Assembly: GCA_038131695.1 (NCBI GenBank)
Contig: JAYPQA010000018.1
Coordinates: forward strand, 2,364 to 66,363
Direction: 5' to 3'
DNA from: Alphaproteobacteria bacterium
GTDB taxonomy: Bacteria > Pseudomonadota > Alphaproteobacteria > Puniceispirillales > Puniceispirillaceae
Length of the DNA: 64,000 bases
Part shown: in pieces, positions 49,139 through 59,403 of the stretch
Layout: each line of letters begins with the position of its first letter
Numbering within the stretch: position 1 is the first letter of the stretch
The notes under the pieces: generated by a model
Database searches by the model: none
What the model saw: only the letters and a program-made list of their open reading frames with translations
What the model was told of the DNA's origin: nothing
Position numbers and translations under genes: made by a program

Positions 49139-50638
49139 ATGGATTCCGCCTATGATCAGTTTCCAGCCCCGGTTTATGCCGATGCCGTATTGGCCCCGGA
49201 TTTGGCTATTTACAAGGCGCATTTTTCAGCCCCCCTGCACGCTATCAATCTGGCCCATGGGGTGATGCTGGCGGAAAAGGGGCTGCTGGAGGCCGCAGAC
49301 AGCGCGGCGATCCTGTCAGCCTTGCTGGAAATCGATCAGGAGCGCCCCTGGGCAGAGCAGGAATTTGACGGCAGTTTTGAGGATTTGTTCTTCCTGATTG
49401 AACAGGAGCTGGGCCGCCGTATCGGGGCGGAAAGCGCGGGCAAGCTGCATACCGGCCGCTCGCGCAATGATCTCGAACATACCATGTTCCGGATGCAGCT
49501 GCGCGCCAAGCTTTTGCATCTTTTGTCCCTTTATGGCGATCTGGCAGAAAAAATGCTGGCCCGGGCCGAGGCGGGGCAGCAGGAAACCATTCTGGTCTAT
49601 ACGCATGGCCAGCCTGCCCAGGTCTCTGTCATGGGCCATTATCTGGGCGCGGCGATAGAATTTGTGCTGCGCGATATGGGCCGTATTCAGGCCGCCCTGC
49701 AAGAGGTGGATCTCTGCCCAATGGGGGCCGCCGCCATTACCACTTCCGGCTTTGGGCTGAATCGCGAGCGGGTTGCCGAATTGCTGGGCTTTTCCGGCAT
49801 TGTGGAAAATTCCTATGGCGCGATTGCCAATGTGGATTATATCACCGCCAGCTATGCCTCAATCCGGCTGGGCTGTATCCATCTGGGCCGTCTGGTTCAG
49901 GATTTGGTCACCTGGACAGGCTTTGAGGTAGCCCAGATCAAGGTGCCGGACGGGCTGGTGCAGATTTCCTCTATCATGCCGCAAAAGCGCAACCCGGTGC
50001 CGCTGGAACATCTGCGTCTCAAATTATCGCTGGCTGGCGGGCAGTGCTGATCAAATCATCCAGACCATGCATAATACGCCTTTTGCCGATATGAATGATT
50101 CCGAGCGAGAAACCCAGGCGACCGGCTTTGCGGTTTTTGACCGGCTGGATCACACGCTGCCCCTGCTGGGCGGCTTTATCGAATCGATGCAGACCAACCA
50201 GACCTCTATTGAGGAGCGGATTCAAAAATCCATGGCAACGATTACCGAGCTGGCCGATACGCTGGTGCGGGCTGAGGCTATCAGCTTCCGCGCCGCCCAC
50301 CATATTGCCAGCCAGCTGGCCGCCGAAGCCCTGCAGCAAAAAATCAGATTGAGCGATCTGGCTTTTGATCTGTTCGCCGCGATCTTTGAAAAACAGGTCG
50401 GCCGGCCCGCCAGAATAACGGCTGACGATCTGAAAAAAGCCGTCAGCCCGGCCCATTTTGTCGTCTTGCAGGATATGCCAGGGGACCGGCCCCGGCGGCG
50501 CTGGCAAAATCGCTTGCGGGCTATCGCAGCTGGCTGGCCCGCTTGCAGGATGAGACAGGCCGGACAGACCAGCGAATCAGACAGGCAGACAAGGACAGGC
50601 AAGCGGCGGTCGCCAGCCTGATCAAGAAAGGGAGCTGA
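49139..50638 (+). pseudogene. argininosuccinate lyase family (fumarase/aspartase superfamily) protein, two frameshifts
   Basis: ORF 49019..50050 trimmed to ATG 49139 (GKLHTGRSRND, SSIMPQKRNPVPLE signature). It continues in ORF 50067..50621 and then in a third frame (GPAALAKSLAGYRSWLARLQDE ... SLIKKGS) to TGA 50636-50638. The switches are at 50036-50042 (a G-run) and 50481-50495 (G4/C4 runs). Confidence 0.7.
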
Positions 50639-50641
50639 CAG

Positions 50642-51724
50642 ATGGCAGAGGTTACACTGGACAGGGTTACCAAGCAATTCGGCCCGGTCATAGCCGTGCA
50701 TGAATTTAATCTGCATATCAAGGATGCCGAATTCGTCGTCTTTGTCGGCCCGTCAGGCTGTGGCAAATCCACCACTTTGCGGATGCTGGCCGGTCTGGAG
50801 GAAATCACCTCCGGGGATGTCGAGATTGACGGGCGGCAGGTGAATAATGTGCATCCCAAGAACCGCGATATTGCGATGGTTTTTCAAAATTATGCGCTTT
50901 ATCCGCATCTCAATGTGTTTGACAATATTTCCTTTGGCCTGCGCGCCCAGAAACTGCCCGCTGATGAGGTGCGCGCCCGCACTGAGGAAGCTGCAGATAT
51001 TCTTGGCCTGACCGAGCTGTTGAAGCGGCGGCCAGCTGAATTGTCCGGCGGCCAGAAACAGCGTGTTGCGATGGGGCGGGCGATTGTCCGCAAGCCCAAG
51101 GTGTTTCTCTTTGATGAGCCGCTCTCCAATCTGGATGCCAAGCTGCGCCACAAGATGCGCGCTGAGATGAAAAGGCTGCACCAGCAGGTGCGCACCACCA
51201 CCATCTATGTGACCCATGATCAGGTTGAGGCGATGACGCTGGCCGACCGGATTGTTATTATGCGCGACGGGCGCATTGAGCAGGTCGGCACCCCGGATGA
51301 GGTCTATAAGAACCCGGCCAGCCAGTTTGTTGCCAGCTTTATCGGCTCGCCGGCGATGAATTTTGCCAGCGGCACCATCACCAAAAAGGGGGCAGGCAAA
51401 ATGTTGGATACCGGCAGGGCCAGCCTTCAGCTGACCGGCTGTCCGGCCGATATCAGGGCAGAAATAGAGATGGGCTTCCGCCCGGAACATATGCAGCTGG
51501 CCAGCTCCGGCAAGCCGCCCAAGGGCCATATCGCGCTGGAAGCCACAATCTCTGTGGTAGAGCCGATGGGCCATGAAACCGTGCTGACCTGTGATGCCCC
51601 GTTTGGCGAGATTACCGGCAAATATGACGGCGAGGAAAAACTGACCCCCGGCAGCAAGGTGAGCTTTCATATCCGGGCAGACAGGCTGCATTATTTCGAT
51701 GCCAAAACCGGCGTCCGGATCTAG
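50642..51724 (+). CDS. sugar ABC transporter ATP-binding protein (MalK/UgpC type)
   Basis: 360 aa with GPSGCGKST, LSGGQKQR and LFDEPLSNLD motifs and a C-terminal TOBE-like regulatory domain. Confidence 0.9.
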   Translation: MAEVTLDRVTKQFGPVIAVHEFNLHIKDAEFVVFVGPSGCGKSTTLRMLAGLEEITSGDVEIDGRQVNNVHPKNRDIAMVFQNYALYPHLNVFDNISFGLRAQKLPADEVRARTEEAADILGLTELLKRRPAELSGGQKQRVAMGRAIVRKPKVFLFDEPLSNLDAKLRHKMRAEMKRLHQQVRTTTIYVTHDQVEAMTLADRIVIMRDGRIEQVGTPDEVYKNPASQFVASFIGSPAMNFASGTITKKGAGKMLDTGRASLQLTGCPADIRAEIEMGFRPEHMQLASSGKPPKGHIALEATISVVEPMGHETVLTCDAPFGEITGKYDGEEKLTPGSKVSFHIRADRLHYFDAKTGVRI

Positions 51725-51784
51725 CCGGCAAGAGGCCGCAACGCCGCACTAGTGCAATTTTTCTTTTGTGTTTTGAGAAGGTTA

Positions 51785-51874
51785 TGGCGGAGAGACGGGG
51801 ATTCGAACCCCGGAGGGGCTTTCACCCCAACACGCTTTCCAGGCGTGCGCCTTAAACCGCTCGGCCACCTCTCC
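51785..51874 (-). tRNA. tRNA-Ser (anticodon GGA)
   Basis: The 90-nt minus-strand sequence GGAGAGGTGGCCGAGCGG...GGTTCGAATCCCCGTCTCTCCGCCA folds by hand into a cloverleaf. The parts are a 7-bp acceptor stem, anticodon stem CACGC/GCGTG with loop CTGGAAA, a long variable arm GGGG-tgaaag-CCCC, T arm CGGGG-TTCGAAT-CCCCG and an encoded CCA. Confidence 0.95.
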
Positions 51875-52013
51875 ATCCAAGATTTGGCAATCTTGTGCGC
51901 GTCTTATAGCAACTTGCCCCAGCCCGTGCAATGATCAAAGCAGCGCTTCTGTTTGGGATTGCCAGAGGGCCGTTTTTTGGCCAGAATAGAGGCGGTGTTT
52001 CAGGAGAAGAGCG

Positions 52014-52376
52014 ATGACGCGCCGAATTCTCAATAGTCTGGTCTGGCTGTGCGGTCTGGCAGCTGTCTGGTTCATTGTGGGTGATTTGCGCCAGCCGGCC
52101 CCGTCGCGCCTGCTGGGAGCGGTCTGGTATGAGGCGCATCCCGGCTCACTGCAGGTGACCGAGGCGGTTATCTCACGTTTTATTGACCCGTGCGGGCTTA
52201 TTGTTGCGCTGGAATGCAGCCCGTTCCTCTGGCATCCGCTGATCGCCAGCCTGCTGACCTTGCCAGCCGGGATGTTTTTTGCCCTGATGACCGGGATTTT
52301 GCTGTTTGTGGCGCAATTTTTCAAAAGCCCGCGCGGGCGGCGCGCGGCGCGCAATCTGCGGCGGGACGGGCGCTAA
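52014..52376 (+). CDS. hypothetical small membrane protein
   Basis: 120 aa with AGGAGA upstream of the ATG, three hydrophobic segments and an Arg-rich tail. The stop abuts the lepA stop (convergent). I recognise no family. Confidence 0.45.
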   Translation: MTRRILNSLVWLCGLAAVWFIVGDLRQPAPSRLLGAVWYEAHPGSLQVTEAVISRFIDPCGLIVALECSPFLWHPLIASLLTLPAGMFFALMTGILLFVAQFFKSPRGRRAARNLRRDGR

Positions 52377-54175
52377 TTATCACCCATTTTCAGCGCTTCA
52401 AAAAAGGCGTTTTGCGGAATATCCACCTTGCCGAACTGGCGCATCCGCTTTTTGCCCTCTTTTTGCTTCTCCAGCAATTTGCGCTTGCGCGTGACATCCC
52501 CGCCATAGCATTTGGCCGTCACATCCTTACGCAGGGCCGAAATCGTCTCTCTGGCAATTACCTTGCCGCCGATAGCCGCCTGCAGGGCGATTTTGAACAT
52601 CTGGCGCGGAACCAAATCTTTCAGCCGCGTGCAAATCGCCCGGCCGCGATATTCGGCCTGATCCCTGTGCACGATCATCGCCAGCGCATCCACCGGATCA
52701 CCATTCACCAGAATGGACACCTTGACCAGCGGCCCGGCGCGGTAGTCATCCATCTGGTAATCAAAGCTGGCATAGCCGCGGGTAACAGATTTCAGCCGGT
52801 CATAAAAATCAAACACCACCTCATTAAGCGGCAGGCGATAAACCACCATCGCCCGGCTGCCCGCATAGGTCAGGTCAATCTGCTCGCCGCGCCGCTCAGT
52901 GCATAAGGACAGGACCTGGCCCAGATACTCATCCGGGGTCATAATGGTTGCCTTGATCCAGGGCTCTGAAATCTCGGCAATTTTGGTGACTTCGGGCATA
53001 TCTGCCGGGTTGTGCATATCCAGCTGGCTGCCATCTGTCAGGGTAACCTGATAGACCACGGACGGGGCAGTTGAGATCAGCTCCAGATTAAATTCACGGC
53101 TCAGCCGCTCGCGGATAACCTCCATATGCAGCAGACCCAGAAAGCCGCAGCGAAAGCCAAAACCCAGCGCCGCAGAAGTCTCTGCCTCAAAGCTGAAAGA
53201 GCTGTCATTCAGGCTGAGCTTTTCCAGCGCCTCGCGCAGATCCGAAAAATCAGCTGCATCAATCGGGAACAAGCCGCAAAATACCACCGGCACAGAGGGT
53301 TTGAAGCCAGGCAGCGCCGCCTCACAGGGTCGCCGATCCTCGGTTATCGTATCGCCGACACGGGCATCTGAAACGGTTTTTACCCCGGCATTGATAAAGC
53401 CGATTTCCCCCGGCCCCAGACTGTCAACAGCTGTCGGTTTCGGGCCAAAAATTCCGACCCGCTCAACCATATGCACCGCCCCGGTCGCCATCATGCGGAT
53501 TTTCATCCCCTTTCTGATGACTCCCTCGCGCACCCGCACCAAGGTCATAACGCCCAGATAGCTGTCATACCAGCTATCCACCAGCAACGCCTGCAGCGGC
53601 TGATCCGGCTGGCCTTGCGGCGGCGGCAGCTTTTCCACCAGCGCTTCCAGCACATCCTCAATCCCCAGGCCCGTTTTGGCCGAAACCGCAATTGCCTCAT
53701 CCGCAGGCAGGCCGATCACCTCTTCAATCTGGGCCTTGATCCGCTCCGGCTCGGCTGAGGGCAAATCCATCTTGTTCAGCACTGGCACGATTTCATGATC
53801 TGCCTCAATCGCCTGATAGACATTGGCCAGCGTCTGGGCTTCCACCCCCTGGCTGGCATCCACCACCAGCAGCGATCCCTCACAGGCCGCCAGCGAGCGC
53901 GACACCTCATAGCCAAAATCCACATGGCCGGGCGTATCCATCAGATAGAGGATATAATCGCTGCCATCGCGGGCCTGATAGGTGAGGCGCACGGTCTGGG
54001 CCTTGATGGTGATGCCGCGCTCGCGCTCAATATCCATATTATCGAGCACCTGCTCTGACATTTCCCGCTCGGGAAGCCCGCCGCAATGCTGAATCATCCG
54101 ATCCGCCAGCGTCGATTTGCCGTGATCAATATGGGCAACAATGGAAAAATTGCGGATTTTGGCGCTATCGGTCAT
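52373..54175 (-). CDS. lepA: elongation factor 4
   Basis: 600 aa with [20 protein letters not shown] and DTPGHVDF G-domain motifs and the LepA C-terminal domain. Confidence 0.95.
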   Translation of the reverse strand: MTDSAKIRNFSIVAHIDHGKSTLADRMIQHCGGLPEREMSEQVLDNMDIERERGITIKAQTVRLTYQARDGSDYILYLMDTPGHVDFGYEVSRSLAACEGSLLVVDASQGVEAQTLANVYQAIEADHEIVPVLNKMDLPSAEPERIKAQIEEVIGLPADEAIAVSAKTGLGIEDVLEALVEKLPPPQGQPDQPLQALLVDSWYDSYLGVMTLVRVREGVIRKGMKIRMMATGAVHMVERVGIFGPKPTAVDSLGPGEIGFINAGVKTVSDARVGDTITEDRRPCEAALPGFKPSVPVVFCGLFPIDAADFSDLREALEKLSLNDSSFSFEAETSAALGFGFRCGFLGLLHMEVIRERLSREFNLELISTAPSVVYQVTLTDGSQLDMHNPADMPEVTKIAEISEPWIKATIMTPDEYLGQVLSLCTERRGEQIDLTYAGSRAMVVYRLPLNEVVFDFYDRLKSVTRGYASFDYQMDDYRAGPLVKVSILVNGDPVDALAMIVHRDQAEYRGRAICTRLKDLVPRQMFKIALQAAIGGKVIARETISALRKDVTAKCYGGDVTRKRKLLEKQKEGKKRMRQFGKVDIPQNAFFEALKMGDN

Positions 54176-54379
54176 GCCTGCCTCAAAAAACCTTCTCTAC
54201 CCTGTCAGGCCTGCCTCAGAGATCGTCCTCTGGCCGCGATAAGTCAAGCCAGAAATGCCCGGTCTTTTCTGCATGATACAAACCTTGACCCTGCGGGCTG
54301 TCCAGAGTAAGGTCTGAGCCTTGACTTGACCCGGCTCAAAAGGCCCCGGCCCGGCCTGTATCAAAAAAGCTAAAATGCC

Positions 54380-56053
54380 ATGAAAACAATGCCCTATAAT
54401 AAATATCAGCCCTATAAGCAGGTCGATCTTGCCGATCGCAGCTGGCCGGGAAATACCATCACCAAATCCCCGGTCTGGTGTTCGGTTGACCTGCGCGACG
54501 GCAATCAATCGCTGATTGAGCCGATGGATTCCGCGCGCAAGATGCGGATGTTCAAAACGCTGGTGGAAATGGGCTTCAAGGAGATTGAGGTCGGCTTTCC
54601 CTCTGCCTCAGAGACGGATTTTGATTTTCTGCGCCTGCTGATAGAGGGCAATCATGTGCCCGATGATGTGACCATCCAGGTTTTGACGCAAGCGCGCGAG
54701 CATTTGATTGACCGCACGGTGGACTCTCTCAAAGGGGCGAAAAAGGCGATTTTGCACCTGTATAATTCCACCTCTACCCTGCAGCGGCGGGTGGTCTTCA
54801 AATCGGACCGGGACGGCGTGCGCGAGATTGCAACGGACGGGGCCAAGATGGTGGCAGACCGTCTGAGCCGGCTGGATTCCGGCACCGATTTGCGCCTGCA
54901 ATATTCGCCGGAAAGCTTTACCGGCACAGAGCTGGATTACGCGCTGGAAGTCTGTGAGGCGGTGATGGAGGTTTGGCAATCCTCTGCCGAGCGGCCCACC
55001 ATCATCAACCTGCCCGCCACGGTGGAGATGTCCACGCCGAATATCTATGCGGATCAGATAGAATGGATGCACCGGAATTTTTCCAATCGCGCGGCGGTTA
55101 TTCTCTCGCTGCATCCGCATAATGACCGCGGCAGCGGCGTGGCGGCGACCGAATTGGCCTTGATGGCAGGGGCGGACCGGGTAGAGGGCACGCTGTTCGG
55201 CAATGGTGAGCGCACCGGCAATGTCGATATTGTCACGCTGGGCTTGAATATGATGACCCAGGGTGTGGACCCCAGGCTTGATTTTTCAGATATTCAAAAG
55301 CTGGTGGATACGGCGGAATTCTGCAACCAGCTGCCGGTGCATCAGCGCCACCCCTATGCAGGCCAGCTGGTGCACACCGCTTTTTCCGGCTCGCATCAGG
55401 ACGCTATCCGCAAGGGGATGGAGGCGCTTGCCAGTGCCAATTCCGATCTGTGGGAAGTGCCCTATCTGCCGATTGATCCGGCTGATATTGGGCGCACCTA
55501 TGAGGCTATCATCCGGGTGAATTCGCAATCCGGCAAGGCCGGGGCGGCCTGGCTGCTGGAGACTGAGCATCATATCCGCCTGCCGCGCGGCATGGAGGTG
55601 GAGTTCAGCCAGCTGGTCCAGAAAGAGGCCGACCGCACGGGCGAGGAGATCACCTCAAGCCGCATCTGGGATATTTTCAAGGCGGAATATCTGGATATAA
55701 GCCAGCCCTTTGAGCTGGTGGAATTTGATTCCCGCCCTACCGCGCGCGGCGCCCATACTGAAAAGGTTGAAGCGATTATCCGCCATGCGGGCAAGGAAGT
55801 CAGCTTTACCGCCATTGGCAATGGGCCTATCTCCGCCTTTGTTGAGGGGATGCGCCAGAGCTTTGGCCTGCAATTCCGGCTGGCTGATTTTGGCCAGAAT
55901 ACCCGCTCCAGCACATCGCAGGCAGAGGCAGCCGCCTTTGTGGAGTTGAAGGTGCCGGATGAAGAGGGGCGGTCGGTTTTCGGGGCGGGGGTGGATACAT
56001 CCATCACCCAGGCCCCGATATTGGCTCTGATTTCAGCGATAAACCGTATCTGA
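54380..56053 (+). CDS. leuA: 2-isopropylmalate synthase (long form)
   Basis: 557 aa with DRSWPGNTITKSPVWCSVDLRDGNQ and HPHNDRG motifs and a C-terminal LeuA dimerisation/regulatory domain. Confidence 0.9.
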   Translation: MKTMPYNKYQPYKQVDLADRSWPGNTITKSPVWCSVDLRDGNQSLIEPMDSARKMRMFKTLVEMGFKEIEVGFPSASETDFDFLRLLIEGNHVPDDVTIQVLTQAREHLIDRTVDSLKGAKKAILHLYNSTSTLQRRVVFKSDRDGVREIATDGAKMVADRLSRLDSGTDLRLQYSPESFTGTELDYALEVCEAVMEVWQSSAERPTIINLPATVEMSTPNIYADQIEWMHRNFSNRAAVILSLHPHNDRGSGVAATELALMAGADRVEGTLFGNGERTGNVDIVTLGLNMMTQGVDPRLDFSDIQKLVDTAEFCNQLPVHQRHPYAGQLVHTAFSGSHQDAIRKGMEALASANSDLWEVPYLPIDPADIGRTYEAIIRVNSQSGKAGAAWLLETEHHIRLPRGMEVEFSQLVQKEADRTGEEITSSRIWDIFKAEYLDISQPFELVEFDSRPTARGAHTEKVEAIIRHAGKEVSFTAIGNGPISAFVEGMRQSFGLQFRLADFGQNTRSSTSQAEAAAFVELKVPDEEGRSVFGAGVDTSITQAPILALISAINRI

Positions 56054-56149
56054 AAAGCAAACCCGATCTAAACCGATCTGAACCCGATCCAGGGAACCGA
56101 TCCAAACCCGATCTCCGGGAAGGCCGATCTAATTCGCTCGGGGCCGATC
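56041..56149. repeat. degenerate ~11-bp tandem array (AAACCCGATCT-like, 7-8 copies)
   Basis: CCGATC cores lie at 56063, 56073, 56084, 56097, 56108, 56124 and 56144. A diverged copy (AAACCGTATCT) overlaps the leuA stop. Spacing is 10-13 bp for the first five and then 16 and 20 bp. Confidence 0.6.
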
Positions 56150-56221
56150 CTGTTCAAAGCCGACTTAAAGCCTGCTCACAGGCCACTTTGTGCGGGATGC
56201 GGGGCCGGAGAGAGAGATGAT

Positions 56222-56256
56222 AAAAAAAGACGGCCCGGCTGGGATGCGGGGCCGTC
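56222..56256 (-). terminator. rho-independent terminator (minus strand; possibly bidirectional)
   Basis: 8-bp GC-rich stem GACGGCCC / GGGCCGTC (56229-56236 / 56249-56256). It is followed on the minus strand by T7 (forward A7, 56222-56228). On the plus strand only TTTC follows. Confidence 0.6.
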
Positions 56257-56287
56257 TTTCCAGAAGATCACGGGCCAGGAGATGTTT

Positions 56288-56346
56288 TTGCAGAAAATGT
56301 CTTGGCAAAAGATGCCTTGGCAGAAGATAACCGGGAAGAATACGGG
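56288..56346. repeat. 4 x ~15-bp degenerate tandem repeat
   Basis: The units are TTGCAGAAAATGTC / TTGGCAAAAGATGCC / TTGGCAGAAGATAAC / CGGGAAGAATACGGG. They lie between the RTX-remnant stop and its terminator. Confidence 0.45.
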
Positions 56347-56351
56347 TTTGA

Positions 56352-56775
56352 TTAGATTTCCGCCGGCGTAACACTGCCCAGCAGGTCACCCGCCACCAGA
56401 TCATCGGTATAATCTTCCAATATCGCCAGGATTTTGGTCGTATCGGCGGCGCTATTATCGGCATTGCCAGCATAGATGATGGTGTCATTATCGGCAGCGT
56501 TGCCATCACCGCTGTCGCGGCCAGTTGCCGGATCCGTGCTGTTATCGAACCAGACATGGGTCAGATCGCCGAAATCCAGCCGGTCGCCGGTCACAAAATC
56601 AGTAATCACATCGGCCAGCGCCTCACTCGCAGCAGCGATATCAACGACATAAACATCATTGCCATCACCGCCGGTCAGAATATCCCGGCCAGACCCGCCA
56701 ACCAGCGTATCATCACCCGCATCGCCGGTCAGGCTGTCATTGCCTGCCCCGCCTTCCAGCCGGTCATCGCCATTG
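56352..56775 (-). pseudogene. 5'-truncated remnant of a calcium-binding RTX (hemolysin-type repeat) protein
   Basis: The minus-strand frame reads [43 protein letters not shown] ... [15 protein letters not shown] ... to the stop at 56352, with four GGxGxD nonapeptide repeats. Upstream the frame runs into AT-rich DNA. It shows no ATG/GTG/TTG before an in-frame TAG. Confidence 0.55.
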
Positions 56776-56923
56776 TGGAATAAAGTTAAAAAACATTTAA
56801 GATAGACAATTTTCTTTACTGCTATCTTCGGCTGTGTCTATGGCCAAAAAAAGTCAATGAATTGAGCCTGTTGGACAATTATCCAATCAGCGAACCCGAA
56901 TGGGTATTTTCGGTTTTGAAATA

Positions 56924-56953
56924 GAAAAATTACACCTCTTGCGCGAAGAAGTG
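56924..56953 (-). terminator. rho-independent terminator downstream of pheT
   Basis: The minus strand has hairpin CACTTCTTCGCGCAAGAGGTG (forward 56933-56953) followed by TAATTTTT. Confidence 0.55.
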
Positions 56954-56982
56954 TTTTCACTCTTGGCTATAGATGTGTAAAA

Positions 56983-59386
56983 CTAGCCGTTTCTGAGTGT
57001 GCCGCCGCAATGCTTGTCTATGGCAGCCACGATTTTCCCGGAAATCTCAGCCAATGCGGTTTCGTCAAAGCTGGTTTTCTGCGGTTGCAGCCAGACCTTG
57101 AGACCCAGTGACTTCTTGCCGGGGCCCAGCTTTTCCCCTTCAAAAAGGTCAAAAACCTGCACTGAGGTGATAAGGGTTTTATCGGCCCCGCGAATGGCCC
57201 GCAGCACCGCCTCGGCGCTGACCTCGCGATCCAGCACAAAGGCGAAATCGCGGCTCACCGGCTGCAGGGCTGACAGGGCCAGCAACGGGCGGGCCGGGCC
57301 CTTGGCGCGCGGCTCCGGCAAGCTGTCCAGCCAGAATTCAAATCCGGCGACAGGCCCTTTCAGATCATAGGCCTGACAGATGGCCGGGTGCAGGCTGCCA
57401 AAACTGCCAACCGCCTGTTTGCCCAGCCGCAATATGCCGGACTGGCCGGGATGCCAGTAATCGGGCGCATCGGTGGTAATTTGCAGCCGCTCGGCCGGCA
57501 GGCCCAGCTGCGCCAGACAGGCCAGCAGGGCGGCCTTGGCATCAAACAGGTCAACCGGCCGGGCCGCTTGCTGCCAGTCTGGCTCTGCGCCCATCCCCTG
57601 CAGGATGCCGGCACAGGCTGTTTGCTGGTCTTCTGGGCGGGTTCCGGTAAAGACTGGCCCGACTTCAAACAGCCCGATATTGGCTTCCCCGCGATTTTGG
57701 TTACGCGCGGCGGCGGCCAGCAAATTGGGCAGGATGGAAGGGCGCATACAATCGAGATCTGCGCTGATCGGATTCCCCAGCTGCAAATCCTCCGCCCCGC
57801 CGCCAAACAACTCTGCCTCGCGGCTTTTCAAAAAGGAGAAGGTCACCGCCTCTGCCAGACCGCGCCCGGCCAGCAGCCGGCGCAGCTGAACCGCCCGCAT
57901 CTGGGACGCGCTATAGGCGGGGCGGGCCACCCAAAAAATCACGCGGCAGTGCGGTCATCGGCAGCTTGTCAAAGCCGTGGATACGCACCACCTCCTCAAC
58001 CAAATCAGCAGCCCCGTCAATATCATTGCGCCAGGCGGGCGGGCTGACCTGCCAGCTATCTGGCTGCTTGCGGTCAATTTCAAAACCCAGCCTTTCCAGA
58101 ATCCCGGCCTGTTCCTCCGGGCGGATCGAAATACCGGTCAGGGCAGCGGTGCGGGCCGGAACAAAGGCAATCTGGCGCTGCCAGGAAACGCCGGGCCCGG
58201 CGATTTCCAGACGGCTTATCTTGCCGCCGCAAATCTGCTGAACCAGCCGCGCGACATAGCCAGCCAGACTGTCCGGCGAGCTGCCATCCAGCCCCCGCTC
58301 AAACCGGTAGCGGGCATCCGAATGCAGGTTCAGCTGGCGGCCTGTGCTGGCCACGCTAATCGGGTCAAATACCGCCATTTCAAGGAACATCCGGCTGGTT
58401 GTTTCGGACACGCCGGTGCGTGCCCCGCCCATCACCCCGGCAATATCATCTGCGCCGTGCGCATCGCCGATCACCAGCATATCGCTGGCCAGCTGATAGG
58501 TTTTCTCATTCAGCGCGGTCAGCTCCTCGCCGGCCTCAGCGCGCCGGATGATCAGCTTGTCCCCGGCAATCTTGTCCGCATCATAGGCGTGCAGCGGGCG
58601 GCCCAAATCCAGCATCACATAATTGGTAATATCCACCAGCGCCGAAATCGGGCGCTGGCCAACAGCTGTCAGGCGGCGCGCCATCCAGTCCGGTGACGGC
58701 CCGTTGGACACCCCGTCAAACAGGCGGCCAGAGACACGCGGCACCAAATCTGCCGCATTCTCTGCTATCTGCCAGCTTATCGGGCTGTCGAACTCGCCTG
58801 CCTCTTCAGACAGGTCCAGCTCTTTCAGCTTGCCATGCCCGGCAGCAGCCAGATCACGGGCGATACCGCGCACGCCAAGGCAATCGCCGCGATTGGGCGT
58901 GATCGCAATCTCAATCACCGGGTCTGCCAGACCGCTGGCTTCAACAAAATTTGCGCCCGCCTTGAGGCTGCTATCCAGCTCCATAATGCCGTCTGCCTCG
59001 TCGCTGAGGCCCAGCTCAGCCTCCGAACAGAGCATCCCGTTGGACAGCTCGCCGCGGATTTTCCCTTGCTTGATGGTGATATCGGCCCCTGGCACATAGG
59101 TGCCGACCGGGGCCAGAACCGTTTTCAGCCCGGCCCTGGCATTGGGCGCACCGCAGACAATCTGCAGGGTCTGGCTGCCGTCATCCACCTCACACAGCTG
59201 CAGCCTGTCGGCTTCTGGGTGCGGGCGGGCCGAGAGGATTTCAGCCACCCGGAACGCGCCCAGCCGGGCGGCCGGATCATCGATGCCTTCCACCTCCAGC
59301 CCCAGCATCACCAGCGCCTCACAAATGGCGGCCAAATCCTGTTTTGTCTCCAGATGATCGTGCAGCCAGGACCAGGTGAATTTCAT
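56983..59386 (-). pseudogene. pheT: phenylalanine--tRNA ligase beta subunit, one frameshift (essential gene; break may be a sequence error)
   Basis: ORFs 57911..59386 and 56983..57942 together give ~800 aa, collinear with PheT from the N-terminal tRNA-binding domain to the C-terminal FDX-ACB domain. The switch is at the A6 run 57933-57938. Confidence 0.9.
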
Positions 59387-59403
59387 CTTACCCTCTCCCC
59401 GGC

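Noticed and set aside
51725-52013. tRNA-Ser as the attachment site of a genomic island covering the accessory, pseudogene-rich left part
   Set aside because: The accessory-to-core transition does coincide with the tRNA. However, I found no integrase, no transposase, and by eye no direct repeat of the tRNA 3' end anywhere in the window. The evidence is insufficient.
54176-54379. Possible leucine leader peptide or attenuator upstream of leuA (20-codon ORF MPGLFCMIQTLTLRAVQSKV at about 54258)
   Set aside because: It has only three scattered Leu codons, no run of Leu codons, and no convincing alternative terminator/antiterminator hairpins.
56041-56346. CRISPR array
   Set aside because: The repeat units are only 11-15 bp, directly abutting or separated by a few bases, and degenerate. 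There are no 25-40-bp repeats with unique spacers and no cas genes. No CRISPR-like structure occurs elsewhere in the window.
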